The notes under the pieces were generated by a model. The model did no database searches. It saw only the letters and a program-made list of their open reading frames with translations, and was not told the origin of the DNA. 64,000 nt of DNA from an uncultured Candidatus Saccharibacteria bacterium. Its GTDB lineage: Bacteria > Patescibacteriota > Saccharimonadia > Saccharimonadales > Saccharimonadaceae. The stretch is from positions 4,456 through 68,455 of the forward strand of contig CAUTXA010000001.1 of NCBI GenBank assembly GCA_963542585.1, in the 5' to 3' direction. The translations under genes were made by a program, and so were the position numbers. Below, one piece after another: positions 1 to 9,596 of this stretch; positions within the stretch are counted from its first letter, which is position 1, and the number at the start of each line of letters is the position of its first letter.

Positions 1-1627
1 CTACTACAGCTACGTTAAGTCCGGCAAATACGATGTCTATATCACAACCCAAGGTGGTATAACTAAGCTGGAAAAAGCATTCGTCCTTAGCAGGCAAAGT
101 TTTTGCCGTAACGGTGAGGCATATAGCGATTGCTGGGTTGATCTGGACGAGGGAATGATTCCGATCGTCTACCGCGACGGGGCGGCTACCGACCCCCATT
201 GGTACACCCTGACGAAGGATCAGATAGCCAGGAACAGAGGTTCCTGGTATAGTTACACACAGTACATAGCGGGTCGTAAATGGGCAAACGCCGTCACCGT
301 TAAGCCTGATAAGCTGGCTAAATATAAAGATAAATCAGTCTTATTAGATAATAATGACGTACTCGGCTACTGGGTCTACATTCCTCGCTATGCCTACGAG
401 GTGCAGCGTCGAGATGCCACCGATCGCTATGTGCCGATGCAAAACTTCAAGATCAGATTTGAAAAGTCAACCGACCTCAAGAAACGCCCGGCACCAAGTT
501 GTAATGCTCATATCAAAACAGCCGCCCAGATGTGGCGAGACGGCAACCCCGGTAATATGGCTGATGCCAATATCTTAGCCAGAGATTACCGAACCGGCTG
601 CAACACCGAGCTGACCTACTATGAAGCTGACCCGGCTATGGCTAACCGAACCGCCTGGGCGACTCATCCTGCCTTTAGCTATAACGGTAAAGAGCTAAAC
701 GGTATCTGGGTGGGCAAATTTGAGACTACCGGCAAGCGGACAGCGCCAACTATCAAGCCAAATCAGAAGTCAAATATTTCAGAGCCGATCGGTAATTTCT
801 TAACCATGGCGAAGAGCATGGGTGTTAACGATCCGGCCAACACTTCCGGTACGGCTATACCGGGTATTGTTCAAAACTCTCATGGACTGACCTCAGCAAC
901 AACTCATCTATTAAAGAGTAGCGAATGGGGTGCCATAGCCTACTTAACTACCTCAAAATACGGCGTAGGTGTCAATGGAGTCAAGTCTAATCTAGCTCTA
1001 GTCGGCACTAATGGCACCGACCGGGATGGTCAGCCCGGCGATGTGGGAGTGACCGGCTGCGGTACTATATGGACAGGATCAACGGCAGCATATACCGGAG
1101 CGACATTAGATACCGTCACGATTGAATCAAATAAGGCTTGCAAGGATGAAGTTAACTTGTATAGCGGTACAGTCGGCAGTAAAGCCTCGACTGATAGCTC
1201 ACCCTCAGGCGTCTTTGACTTGGCCGGTGGAGCACATGAGATAGTAGCCGGTAAAATATCAGCCGGCAGTGATAGCAGTAGTGAACCATACATCAACCTA
1301 TATCGCACTAGCCAAGGATTTGGTACTAAGCCGGCCTGGTCAGCGTCAAATAATGCGACCTGGTACAACTACGATGTCTGCGCCTGGGAGACCTGTGGTG
1401 GGCAAGCGTTGCACGAAGTGCAGAGTGTTATGTCTGTAGCGAACGATTCGCAATCCTGGGGTGGAGCAGTCTCTAACTTTGCCTTTGCCGGCTCTCCCTG
1501 GACAGTCTATGGTGGTAGCGCTCGCTTCGGTACCAGGGCAAGCATCTTCGCCTCAGAGACAAATAATGGTAGCGATGCTCTAAAAAGCATCACTATGCGA
1601 GCCACGCTGACAGTATTACCCAAGTAG
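1..1627 (+). CDS. Large surface protein, 5'-truncated; end of an IPT/TIG-like segment followed by a C-type-lectin/FGE-sulfatase-like C-terminal domain
   Basis: The frame is open from position 2 (YYSYVKSGKYDVYITTQGG...) through the listed ORF. Motifs YWVYIPRY, GIWVGKFET, SEWGAIAYL and GVFDLAGGAHE resemble the CLec/FGE fold. Confidence 0.6.
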   Translation, partial: YYSYVKSGKYDVYITTQGGITKLEKAFVLSRQSFCRNGEAYSDCWVDLDEGMIPIVYRDGAATDPHWYTLTKDQIARNRGSWYSYTQYIAGRKWANAVTVKPDKLAKYKDKSVLLDNNDVLGYWVYIPRYAYEVQRRDATDRYVPMQNFKIRFEKSTDLKKRPAPSCNAHIKTAAQMWRDGNPGNMADANILARDYRTGCNTELTYYEADPAMANRTAWATHPAFSYNGKELNGIWVGKFETTGKRTAPTIKPNQKSNISEPIGNFLTMAKSMGVNDPANTSGTAIPGIVQNSHGLTSATTHLLKSSEWGAIAYLTTSKYGVGVNGVKSNLALVGTNGTDRDGQPGDVGVTGCGTIWTGSTAAYTGATLDTVTIESNKACKDEVNLYSGTVGSKASTDSSPSGVFDLAGGAHEIVAGKISAGSDSSSEPYINLYRTSQGFGTKPAWSASNNATWYNYDVCAWETCGGQALHEVQSVMSVANDSQSWGGAVSNFAFAGSPWTVYGGSARFGTRASIFASETNNGSDALKSITMRATLTVLPK

Positions 1628-1723
1628 ACAAACTGGAGAATCGGAATGTAGATGATCATTTGACAAATCAACGTTCTTATGATATGGTATGAACAGTCTA
1701 AAGAAAGGAAGGAAACAAATAAA

Positions 1724-2008
1724 ATGATAGATCAAAAACGTAAAGCTTTCCGGGATGCTGACTTTAATAGCAACACCAAGCCGGAAGATATCAAGTACTA
1801 CGTAGGCGAGAAGTTTGACCAAGCGGGCTTGCCTGATCCATACCTGGAGGATCATGACCAGGTCGATCAAGACAACGACGACCGTGACGGTCGGGGTATC
1901 CCGGCTAATTTCGCCATCTCAGCTAAGCCAACTACCACGGCAGTCCAGGAACGAAAATCTGTCGAGTCTCGTCTGCAGAGAGTTGATCAATCAGAGCAAT
2001 CAAAGTAA
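1724..2008 (+). CDS. Small acidic hypothetical protein
   Basis: SD-like AAGGAAGG precedes ATG 1724; the ORF is followed by a terminator hairpin. Confidence 0.55.
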   Translation: MIDQKRKAFRDADFNSNTKPEDIKYYVGEKFDQAGLPDPYLEDHDQVDQDNDDRDGRGIPANFAISAKPTTTAVQERKSVESRLQRVDQSEQSK

Positions 2009-2035
2009 ATCACATCGACTCCCTACCGATAGTCA

Positions 2036-2066
2036 ACAAAAATATCCCCGAGCGGGATATTTTTGT
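2036..2066. terminator. Intrinsic terminator, probably bidirectional
   Basis: 13-bp perfect stem ACAAAAATATCCC-cgagc-GGGATATTTTTGT. Confidence 0.75.
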
Positions 2067-2100
2067 GTTATCATATCCCTGTAAGCTAAGTGAGGGACTT

Positions 2101-3684
2101 ATGAAAAAAACAAATACCAAATATATCTTTGTCACGGGGGGAGTGATCTCCGGAGTAGGTAAGGGGATAGCTGCCGCCAGCATGGGGGCGATCCTTAAAG
2201 GTAAAAGGCTCAAGGTCAGCATCCAGAAGTGCGACCCCTATCTCAACGTTGACGCCGGGCTACTTAACCCGGCTGAACACGGCGAATGCTTCGTAACAAA
2301 AGATGGAGCAGAGACTGACCTTGACCTAGGTCATTACGAGCGGTTTCTCGACGAAGAAACGACCAGAGATTCCATCACTCTATCCGGCAAACTCTACCAG
2401 GAACTGATCAAAAAGGAGCGTTCAGGGGGATTTCACGGCAAGACCGTCCAGCTGGTTCCTCATCTGACAGATGCTATCCACCAGTCAATTCTCAGAGCTA
2501 GCCAAGGAAGCGATGTTCACCTGGTCGAGATCGGTGGCACGATCGGCGATTACGAGGGACTAGCTTTCGTCGAGGCCATCCGCACTTTCTCCAGCCTCGT
2601 CGGGCAGCAGAATTGTCTCTATGTCTCAGTCGTCTACGTACCGTGGCTTAAGATCAGCCGGGAGTTTAAGACTAAACCAGCTCAGAATGCTCTGCAAGAC
2701 CTCAGAGGCTTTGGTATCATCCCCGATATCGTCTTAGCCCGCACCGAGAAGATGGCGCCCCGAGCCATCGCCGATAAGATCGCCCGCTTCGCTAACATTC
2801 CTAAGCAGGCAGTGGTAATCTTACCCGACATCAAGTCAGTCTACGACGTACCCTTTAATCTACTTAAGAGTGATATCGCAGAAGTATTAAACCAGTTTGT
2901 CAATATAGACAACCAGCCCGATATGTCGGCTTGGGAGAAGCTCCGCCGGATTAGCAGTCAACGCTATGACCGGACGGTAACCGTCGGGTTGGTAGCTAAG
3001 TATACCGACAATACCGATACCTACATCTCGGTGACTGAGGCACTCAAAGCGGCTTCGTATGCTAACCAAGTCAACTTGGAGCTCAAGTGGCTCAATGCCG
3101 AGACGGTGACTGACGAGGAGCTAGCCTCGGTTGATGGCATCTTAGTGCCGGGTGGCTTCGGCACACGAGGGCTGGAAGGTAAGATCAAAGCAGCTAGTTA
3201 CGCCCTGGCTCACGACAAACCCTACCTTGGATTATGCCTAGGTCTCCAGATGGCAGCTATCGCCGCTGCTAGGCGAGGTGGACTGGAAAAAGCAACCAGC
3301 ACTGAGATTGACCCCCAGTCAAGAGATGACGTCATCTACATCATGAATGACCAGAAGGGTAAAGAATCGACCGGTGGCACGATGCGCCTAGGTAATTACC
3401 CGGCTAAACTGGTCGCCGGCAGCCAAGTGGCTCAGATCTACGGTACGACTACAGTGACCGAACGTCATCGTCATCGCTATGAAGTCAACCGAGCTTTCCT
3501 CAGCTATATTAATGACGGCGGACTGATCGTCTCCGGTACATCACCGGATGGTCGTCTAGTTGAGTTCGTCGAAGCACCTCAGCATCGCTTCTTCATCGCT
3601 ACTCAGGCTCACCCTGAGTTTCGCTCTCGCCCTATGCGACCGCATCCGCTATTCACCGCCTTCATCCGAGCGCTGTCAATTTAA
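2101..3684 (+). CDS. pyrG: CTP synthase
   Basis: KYIFVTGGVISGVGKG, DPYLNVD, GAETDLDLGHYERF, GLCLGLQ, ERHRHRYEVN and QAHPEF motifs; start set at MKKTNTK after GAGGGA. Confidence 0.98.
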   Translation: MKKTNTKYIFVTGGVISGVGKGIAAASMGAILKGKRLKVSIQKCDPYLNVDAGLLNPAEHGECFVTKDGAETDLDLGHYERFLDEETTRDSITLSGKLYQELIKKERSGGFHGKTVQLVPHLTDAIHQSILRASQGSDVHLVEIGGTIGDYEGLAFVEAIRTFSSLVGQQNCLYVSVVYVPWLKISREFKTKPAQNALQDLRGFGIIPDIVLARTEKMAPRAIADKIARFANIPKQAVVILPDIKSVYDVPFNLLKSDIAEVLNQFVNIDNQPDMSAWEKLRRISSQRYDRTVTVGLVAKYTDNTDTYISVTEALKAASYANQVNLELKWLNAETVTDEELASVDGILVPGGFGTRGLEGKIKAASYALAHDKPYLGLCLGLQMAAIAAARRGGLEKATSTEIDPQSRDDVIYIMNDQKGKESTGGTMRLGNYPAKLVAGSQVAQIYGTTTVTERHRHRYEVNRAFLSYINDGGLIVSGTSPDGRLVEFVEAPQHRFFIATQAHPEFRSRPMRPHPLFTAFIRALSI

Positions 3685-3713
3685 GCTGATCTCTGCTAGA
3701 ATAACTGCTAGCT

Positions 3714-3806
3714 GGAGGAGTACCCAAGTGGCTGAAGGGGACGGTTTGCTAAATCGTTAGGTTGGAGAAATCTGGCGCGGGAGTTCGAATCTCCCCTCCT
3801 CCGCCA
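3714..3806 (+). tRNA. tRNA-Ser(GCT)
   Basis: GGAGGAG/CTCCTCC acceptor stem, anticodon loop TTGCTAA, long variable arm, GTTCGAATC, encoded CCA. Confidence 0.95.
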
Positions 3807-3842
3807 AGCAATTATTTAACTAGCTTATGCTATAATGAGTCT

Positions 3843-4484
3843 ATGCAAGATAGTGGATCAGGCAATACGCCTCTTTCGCCTATAGAAGGCCAAGACAAAC
3901 AAGCATCTCTGCCACCGATGGGGCAGGGTAATGCGACTCAACCGGCAAGTAGCACCCCGACGAGCGGTCAGGCACCATCAGTTGCCGACCAGGTACCGGA
4001 CTTACCGCCGATCACCTGGACAGCCAGCAGCTCGATATCACCTCAGCGGAGTAAGAAATGGTATCAGATCGCCGCTGCGATATTCAGCCTGGTACTCGTC
4101 TTCGTCATAGCTATGGTCGCCATCAAGAGAATGGAGCTGGTCTCAGCGATTACCATCGCCGTCTTACTAATAGTGATGTACATCGCCCTGGTCAGCTCAG
4201 CTAAGCTGCCGAGTAGGGTGGTCAAATATACCATCTCCGGTAAAGGGATAGACATTAACGACAAGCTGCACCCATATAGCGAGTTTCATTCTTTCGGCGT
4301 CCGCCGGAGTGACAAGCTGTGGCAGCTGGTCTTGATACCCAACCGGCAGTTCGGTATGGAAGTCACGCCATATATTAGCGAGACTGACGGTGAAAAAATC
4401 GTCGATATACTGGCCAACTTCCTACCCATGGAAGAAGTGCCCGAGCGGGGTATCGATAAGCTCATTCGCTACCTCAAGCTGTAA
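3843..4484 (+). CDS. Membrane protein with Pro/Ser-rich N-terminus, two TM helices and a soluble C-terminal domain
   Basis: The listed 3762 start overlaps the tRNA; ATG 3843 lies 6 nt after TGCTATAAT. Confidence 0.8.
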   Translation: MQDSGSGNTPLSPIEGQDKQASLPPMGQGNATQPASSTPTSGQAPSVADQVPDLPPITWTASSSISPQRSKKWYQIAAAIFSLVLVFVIAMVAIKRMELVSAITIAVLLIVMYIALVSSAKLPSRVVKYTISGKGIDINDKLHPYSEFHSFGVRRSDKLWQLVLIPNRQFGMEVTPYISETDGEKIVDILANFLPMEEVPERGIDKLIRYLKL

Positions 4485-4505
4485 GCATGCTATACTAGCA
4501 GTCAG

Positions 4506-4595
4506 GGAAGGGTGCAGGAGTGGTTGATCTGGTCGCTCTCGAAAAGCGATAAGACCGCAAGGTCTTCGAGGGTTCGAATCCCTCCTCTTCCGCCA
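4506..4595 (+). tRNA. tRNA-Ser(CGA)
   Basis: GGAAGGG/CTCTTCC acceptor stem, TCGCT-CTCGAAA-AGCGA anticodon arm, long variable arm, CCA. Confidence 0.95.
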
Positions 4596-4636
4596 AGCTA
4601 TAGACATTATTCATTTGCCCCAAGTGGTTCTAGCGG

Positions 4637-5338
4637 CTATTTAGGCTGAGTTAAGATAGCCACGGCAGTAATATGCCTAACACCGGCGCTCTTAAGGAGT
4701 CCGGCGGCTCTAATCATGGTTGAGCCGGTCGTCCAGATATCATCGAGCAGCAGAACGCTCCTCGGGATATCATCATTAACCGGCTGATCATAGGCGGGGG
4801 AGAGAACTAGCGACTTACTGATCAGACGACGCCGCTCCGGAGCACTCAGCCGGTGCTGAGATAGGTTGTCCGTCCTCATGAGAATACGGTCAGCTACTGT
4901 CAGCTGACGCCTCCCGGCTAATTGCTTCGCCACCAGGAGCATATGATCAAAGCCCCGCTCTCTAATATGGCTAGCTACCGTAGGAATAGGGACGATTACC
5001 GTCCCTGCCGGCAAGCTACCCAGCCGCAGGTCGATCAGCTCGGTCAGGACCTGCGTCGAGGCTACTTCGCTATGAAACTTATAGCCATCAACCAGGTGTT
5101 TTAGTGAGCCCTGCCTAGGAGCGACAGAGACCAGCCTGGTGAAACAAGATAGTGACTTCCGGCAACTAGGGCAGAGATTATCCGGTGAGCATTTACCACG
5201 GCAGTTCAGGCAAACGGAGTACGGCTGCTTAGCTACGTCATAAATACAACGCTTGCAATAAGTACTACCTACAACACCACAACGCTTACAAATATGGGGT
5301 GAAAGTAGCCCAAGCAAATCGTCTAACAGTAGTAGCAT
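4637..5338 (-). CDS. comF: ComF family protein (zinc finger plus PRPP-binding domain)
   Basis: N-terminal CxxC pairs, IVPIPT, RERGFDH, VLLLDDIWTTGSTM. Confidence 0.9.
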   Translation of the reverse strand: MLLLLDDLLGLLSPHICKRCGVVGSTYCKRCIYDVAKQPYSVCLNCRGKCSPDNLCPSCRKSLSCFTRLVSVAPRQGSLKHLVDGYKFHSEVASTQVLTELIDLRLGSLPAGTVIVPIPTVASHIRERGFDHMLLVAKQLAGRRQLTVADRILMRTDNLSQHRLSAPERRRLISKSLVLSPAYDQPVNDDIPRSVLLLDDIWTTGSTMIRAAGLLKSAGVRHITAVAILTQPK

Positions 5339-5372
5339 TGTCTTTTTTACACTTCTAACAGCACTCCGGTAG

Positions 5373-5401
5373 TTGTCAATCAGTGGTAACTTAGTTATAA
5401 T
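5373..5401 (+). promoter_or_regulatory. Sigma70-type promoter of hsp20
   Basis: TTGTCA-17 nt-TATAAT upstream of SD AAGGAGG. Confidence 0.65.
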
Positions 5402-5446
5402 TATGCCATAAACGCTGACATTATGTAAGCGAATGTAAGGAGGAGA

Positions 5447-5926
5447 ATGGCGAGAGGACAACAAGGCGATGATCTGCTGATTGATGGCTTGGATGGCGAT
5501 TTAGCTAAAGCACTATTCAGCACTGATGATCCCGCCGATAATTCTAGCAACGGTAATCAGACTGTAGCGAGTAACAGCCGAGACGGTGAATACGACTCGG
5601 TACCGGGTCAGCTAGCAGTAGATGTGTATGAGACGCCGGAGCAGCTAATAGTTAAGGCTCGGACGGCCGGTGTCAACAAGAACGACCTGGACGTTAGTAT
5701 CGCTGACGGTGTGCTGACCATTAGCGGCACACTGAGTAGCGGTGATGATAGCGATGCTACTCACTGGCATGTCCAAGAGTGCTACTGGGGAGAGTTCAGC
5801 CGAACACTAGTCCTGCCCGTAGCGGTCAAAGAGGACGAGGTCAAGGCTGTGCTGAAAGATGGCGTGCTTACCATCGCCTTTAATAAGGTCAAGCAAGAGC
5901 AGGCTCGTAAGATCCAGATCCAATAG
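5447..5926 (+). CDS. Hsp20/alpha-crystallin small heat-shock protein
   Basis: LAVDVYET, GVLTISG, ECYWGEFSRTLVLP, A-LKDGVLTI; strong SD. Confidence 0.93.
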   Translation: MARGQQGDDLLIDGLDGDLAKALFSTDDPADNSSNGNQTVASNSRDGEYDSVPGQLAVDVYETPEQLIVKARTAGVNKNDLDVSIADGVLTISGTLSSGDDSDATHWHVQECYWGEFSRTLVLPVAVKEDEVKAVLKDGVLTIAFNKVKQEQARKIQIQ

Positions 5927-5950
5927 TTTTTAAGCATAGCTATACGGGAT

Positions 5951-5978
5951 AAAGCGGTGAGATAATCACCGCTTTTTA
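5951..5978. terminator. Intrinsic terminator between hsp20 and the convergent pilin operon
   Basis: AAAGCGGTGA-gataa-TCACCGCTTT followed by T's. Confidence 0.75.
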
Positions 5979-6036
5979 ATATCTTTATTGTTCTTTTGGT
6001 TCCAGTACTATTTGGTGGTACGAGTCTCACACAACC

Positions 6037-6477
6037 TTAAGCCAGTAGGGAAGTGATCAGCATTGTCACCGTAGCTGAGGAGCCATTAGCAGCCCCGCCA
6101 GCCCCAACTACCGAAACTACCCAGCCGACTACCGCATAACCAAGGATAGCTACTACCAAACCGACGATTGAGTACATGATAGTATGCATAGCATCTTTCA
6201 CCTTAGCATTATCACCACCCGACAAGACATAGCGGATGCCGCCATAGATGATCATAAAGATAGACAAGATACCGACGATGAAGAGCATCAGATTAATGAT
6301 TCTCGGTATGATGGCCGACTGACCGTTAAATAGGTTCGATGGCTGACCTTCACCCCGGTACGGTCCGGAGAAAACATCTGTCAGGGAAAGTGCCGATACC
6401 GTCAGAGAGCCCACCATCGACAGTACACCGGCCAAAGCTAACCCGGCAGCAGGCTTGGATGGTAGGCTTCTCGACAT
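6037..6477 (-). CDS. VirB2/TrbC-like T4SS pilin (7th of array)
   Basis: Signal peptide plus conserved core INLMLFIVG..IIYGGIRYVLSGGD..KVKDA..IMYSIVGLVVAILGYA. Confidence 0.85.
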   Translation of the reverse strand: MSRSLPSKPAAGLALAGVLSMVGSLTVSALSLTDVFSGPYRGEGQPSNLFNGQSAIIPRIINLMLFIVGILSIFMIIYGGIRYVLSGGDNAKVKDAMHTIMYSIVGLVVAILGYAVVGWVVSVVGAGGAANGSSATVTMLITSLLA

Positions 6478-6502
6478 AGTTTAATTCCTCACTCTCTTAA
6501 AC

Positions 6503-6919
6503 TTAATTCGTCTTAAACTGAGTGAAGACCCAGTTGACCAGAGCATAAGCCACAATAGCAACAATCAAGCCAACTACCGAATAAATGATAGTCTGGCGAG
6601 CACCGGTAACCTGTTTTTCATCACCATGAGCAGTCACAAACCTGATACCGGCATAGATGATCATGATCACCGCCAGTAAACCGACGATGAAGAGCATAGT
6701 ATTAATGATGGTGGTGATGATACCCTGATTGCCATCTAATTCCTTGGCTTGACCCTTACCTCGGCTACAGTCATCTTGTAAGGCACCGCTAATCCCATCA
6801 TCAACTTTACAGGCTGCCTGAGCAGGCAAGCTGGATAAAGCGCCTAACCCGGTCATCACTAGCGCCATGCTAGCCACTACGACGAAGCCCGCCATAACCT
6901 TCTTAAATATATTCTTCAT
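6503..6919 (-). CDS. VirB2/TrbC-like T4SS pilin (6th)
   Basis: Signal peptide, Cys pair, core INTMLFIVGLLAVIMIIYAGIRFVTAHGDEK; SD AGGAGG. Confidence 0.85.
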   Translation of the reverse strand: MKNIFKKVMAGFVVVASMALVMTGLGALSSLPAQAACKVDDGISGALQDDCSRGKGQAKELDGNQGIITTIINTMLFIVGLLAVIMIIYAGIRFVTAHGDEKQVTGARQTIIYSVVGLIVAIVAYALVNWVFTQFKTN

Positions 6920-6995
6920 TATCTTCCTTCCTCCTATTTTTTCATTTTATTTCCATCATTATAGAACAGTCAGTCAGTAATTACAATCACCGCCA

Positions 6996-7379
6996 CTACT
7001 TAAACCTATTAAAGATAAAGGTGACTAGAGCATAGGCTATGATAGCGATGATCAAGCCCACCACCGAGTAGACGATGGTATCTTTGGCGACTTTAACCTG
7101 CTTCTCATCGCCATGAGCGGTAATATAGCGGATACCACCATAGATGATCATGATCACCGCTAGAGCCCCGGCAATAAAGAGCATCACATTGATGATAGTG
7201 GTGATGACATCCGGTAAGTCTTGCTTAGCAGAGCCACCACTATTAGTCATATCGGCACCCTTTTTTACCTCATCCTTGGCATCAGCATATACCGGCAGAC
7301 TGACCGGTGATGCTACGGTAAAGGCCATGGCTAGACACATCACCGCCGTCAGTACTTTAGCTTTGCTTATCTGCTTCAT
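6996..7379 (-). CDS. VirB2/TrbC-like T4SS pilin (5th)
   Basis: Signal peptide ending VYA; core INVMLFIAGALAVIMIIYGGIRYITAHGDEK; SD AAGGAGG. Confidence 0.85.
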   Translation of the reverse strand: MKQISKAKVLTAVMCLAMAFTVASPVSLPVYADAKDEVKKGADMTNSGGSAKQDLPDVITTIINVMLFIAGALAVIMIIYGGIRYITAHGDEKQVKVAKDTIVYSVVGLIIAIIAYALVTFIFNRFK

Positions 7380-7394
7380 CTTCCTCCTTATCTT

Positions 7395-7808
7395 TTACAG
7401 ATTACTCAGCACAAAATTAACTAGAGCATAGGCGAGGATGGCGATGATTAATCCGATGACTGAGTAAGTGACGATCAAGCGGGCACTCTCGACCTGTTTC
7501 TCATTACCATGCGCCGTCATAAAACGGATTGCGCCATAGATGATCATGATCACCGCCAGCGCCCCGGCGACGAAAAGCACGATATTAGTAGTATTCTTGA
7601 TCGTGTTAGATAGACCATCTTTGTTTTCCAGATCTTTACAAATCGCACTAGAGCTATTGAGAGCACAGGGACAGCCGGCTTCTGTAGGATTAGTAGCACA
7701 ATCTGCAAAAACCGGCCGAGTAATAATTACCAGAGAGGCGAGTAAAAATAATAACAACCTACCAATAGTAAACACCTGTCTTAATCTAAGAATTAAAACT
7801 CGCATCAT
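7395..7808 (-). CDS. VirB2/TrbC-like T4SS pilin (4th)
   Basis: Signal ending VFA, four Cys, core LFVAGALAVIMIIYGAIRFMTAHGNEK; TAATG coupling to the upstream gene. Confidence 0.85.
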   Translation of the reverse strand: MMRVLILRLRQVFTIGRLLLFLLASLVIITRPVFADCATNPTEAGCPCALNSSSAICKDLENKDGLSNTIKNTTNIVLFVAGALAVIMIIYGAIRFMTAHGNEKQVESARLIVTYSVIGLIIAILAYALVNFVLSNL

Positions 7809-8107
7809 TAGCCAATATTCCCGATTACAAAATTAACTATAGCATAGGCTAGTACTATAACGATCAGACCGATAATAGTAACCATGATTGACTTAGCTGC
7901 AAGCGCAGCTTTCTTAGCATCACCACCGGCCGTCATATACATAATACCTGCTATTATGATCATGATCACCGCTAAAGCTCCAGCAATAAAGAAAGCCGTA
8001 TTAAAGCCACCGGTAACCACTTTTTCCGGTTCGATTTGAGGCAGGTTGATCTCACCCTTACCGGGCGCATTTTTTACCTTTGCCGCTAGTAATATACCAT
8101 TGATCAT
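7808..8107 (-). CDS. VirB2/TrbC-like T4SS pilin (3rd, short)
   Basis: Core FFIAGALAVIMIIIAGIMYMTAGGDAKK; TAATG coupling. Confidence 0.85.
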   Translation of the reverse strand: MINGILLAAKVKNAPGKGEINLPQIEPEKVVTGGFNTAFFIAGALAVIMIIIAGIMYMTAGGDAKKAALAAKSIMVTIIGLIVIVLAYAIVNFVIGNIG

Positions 8108-8523
8108 TATTTCACCCTATCTACTATAAACGCTATAATAAATGCCGCCGACACTGCTATAACCAGCCCGGCGATAGCAGCCACTAGAGTAGTACGGGCT
8201 TTGGCCACCTTCGTAGGAGCACCTTCGCCGGTCGCCATCATAAACAAATAGCCACTATAGATGATCATAGCCGTAGCTACTATACCGACAACTCTCAGAG
8301 CTACATCAATGACATTTAACCCAACAATCATCGCCACTTCACCAAGGTTCTTATTGTCTAGATTAACATGACCGTTATCGCAATCAAGACCTCGATACCA
8401 GGTGGGAAAGCCCATTACACTATCAGCGCAGGCGGCATGAACCTCACCAGCCGGTAGAAATATACTTACGCTGGTGGCCACTAGCGCTAAGATAACGATA
8501 CCTCTACATAACTTACTAATCAT
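8107..8523 (-). CDS. VirB2/TrbC-like T4SS pilin (2nd)
   Basis: Start reassigned to MISKL (TAATG overlap with the upstream stop); C..GFPTWYRGLDC N-domain followed by the pilin core. Confidence 0.8.
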   Translation of the reverse strand: MISKLCRGIVILALVATSVSIFLPAGEVHAACADSVMGFPTWYRGLDCDNGHVNLDNKNLGEVAMIVGLNVIDVALRVVGIVATAMIIYSGYLFMMATGEGAPTKVAKARTTLVAAIAGLVIAVSAAFIIAFIVDRVK

Positions 8524-9356
8524 TAGCCGAACAATCCTCCCGGTACGACATACTGCAAGATCGCCCACATCAACAGATATAGCATTAGAGCGATGATGGC
8601 GTTTCTTATGATACTTATACCCTTCTTCGCTTTAGTAGCATCACCTGCTGATGTAGCATATATAATTGCCCCATAGATAATACCAAAGGTCACTATTACG
8701 ACGGCGCCTAATGCTATCCAGTTAGAGATAGTGATCAACGTCGTTACGATAATCTTACTATCATCTACGCCACTACAGCCCCAATCGAAGAAGGTACCAG
8801 CGTTGCCACACTGGTGTGGCGAACTACTAGCTCCTCCACCGCCAGTTGATCCATTGCCGCCGCTCTTATTACTATCCTTCTTTTTATTACTTCCATCGCC
8901 ATCATCCTTGTGTTCCGGTTCTTGACTTTTATTATTCTGGTCTTTACCCCCGTCTTGATTCTTGTTGCCGTCCTTATTACCTTGGTTTTGGTTATTATTG
9001 CTACCAGCCTGTTGTCCTTTTTCATATACTTCTTTAGCTCTCTGGTAGTCCTGTTTAGCTTGATTGTAACTAACGGGGTCACTGGCCTTAGCTTTATCCT
9101 GCTCAAACTGACTCTTGCATATAATGGACTCCTTACCAAGCGCCTTCAATTCCTTGCAATATTGTGCTTCAGTATACCCAGGTTTATTCGCCCCACCACC
9201 TGGATCCGATTTTGAATAACTAACCTGGCTAACCATCGTCGCCATGACTAATGCAACCAAAAACACTCCAAAGAAAAGCAGATAACGAGACGACGACCAA
9301 TACGACTTTCTTAATATTTTTCCAGCTCTATCATCTTTTGTTTTTTGACTCATCAT
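8523..9356 (-). CDS. Extended VirB2-like pilin with low-complexity N/Q/K/D/G linker (1st of array)
   Basis: C-terminal pilin core IIYGAIIYATSAGDATKAKKG...LMWAILQYVVPGG; ATG 9356 lies 7 nt after TTGACA-16-TATGAT. Confidence 0.8.
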   Translation of the reverse strand: MMSQKTKDDRAGKILRKSYWSSSRYLLFFGVFLVALVMATMVSQVSYSKSDPGGGANKPGYTEAQYCKELKALGKESIICKSQFEQDKAKASDPVSYNQAKQDYQRAKEVYEKGQQAGSNNNQNQGNKDGNKNQDGGKDQNNKSQEPEHKDDGDGSNKKKDSNKSGGNGSTGGGGASSSPHQCGNAGTFFDWGCSGVDDSKIIVTTLITISNWIALGAVVIVTFGIIYGAIIYATSAGDATKAKKGISIIRNAIIALMLYLLMWAILQYVVPGGLFG

Positions 9357-9562
9357 ACTAGTAATCATATAATATACGTTGATAATGTCAAATGTAGGGG
9401 GAGATGCGGGATAAAGAGATAAACTATCGCTAGCACTTCATCTCGCTCAAGCTTGCTAATATACTAATGGTATTGTACAGTAATCTTAGCCATTAATAGA
9501 TTTATTATGAGGTGGTTAGGAGGCTAATCCGATAGTTAGTCCCCGAAGAAGATTAGTGTATG

Positions 9563-9596
9563 GCAGCTAGTAGGAAACCTACTAGTTGTTTTTGTT
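9563..9596 (+). terminator. Terminator-like hairpin in the leader of the 9629 gene
   Basis: 12-bp stem GCAGCTAGTAGG-aaa-CCTACTAGTTGT (two G-U pairs) followed by TTTTGTT. Confidence 0.65.

Noticed and set aside
2066..2100. pyrC-like start-site-selection hairpin (TCCCT/AGGGA) occluding the pyrG SD
   Set aside because: The stem is only 5 bp and its 5' arm lies upstream of the TSS expected from the TATCAT -10 box (about 2081).
3560..3842. 66-aa ORF and the N-terminal extension of the 3762 ORF
   Set aside because: They overlap pyrG and tRNA-Ser(GCT).
5358..5389. CIRCE-like half-sites before hsp20 (GCACTC ... CAGTGGTAA)
   Set aside because: The spacing is 14 nt rather than 9 and the second half is degenerate.
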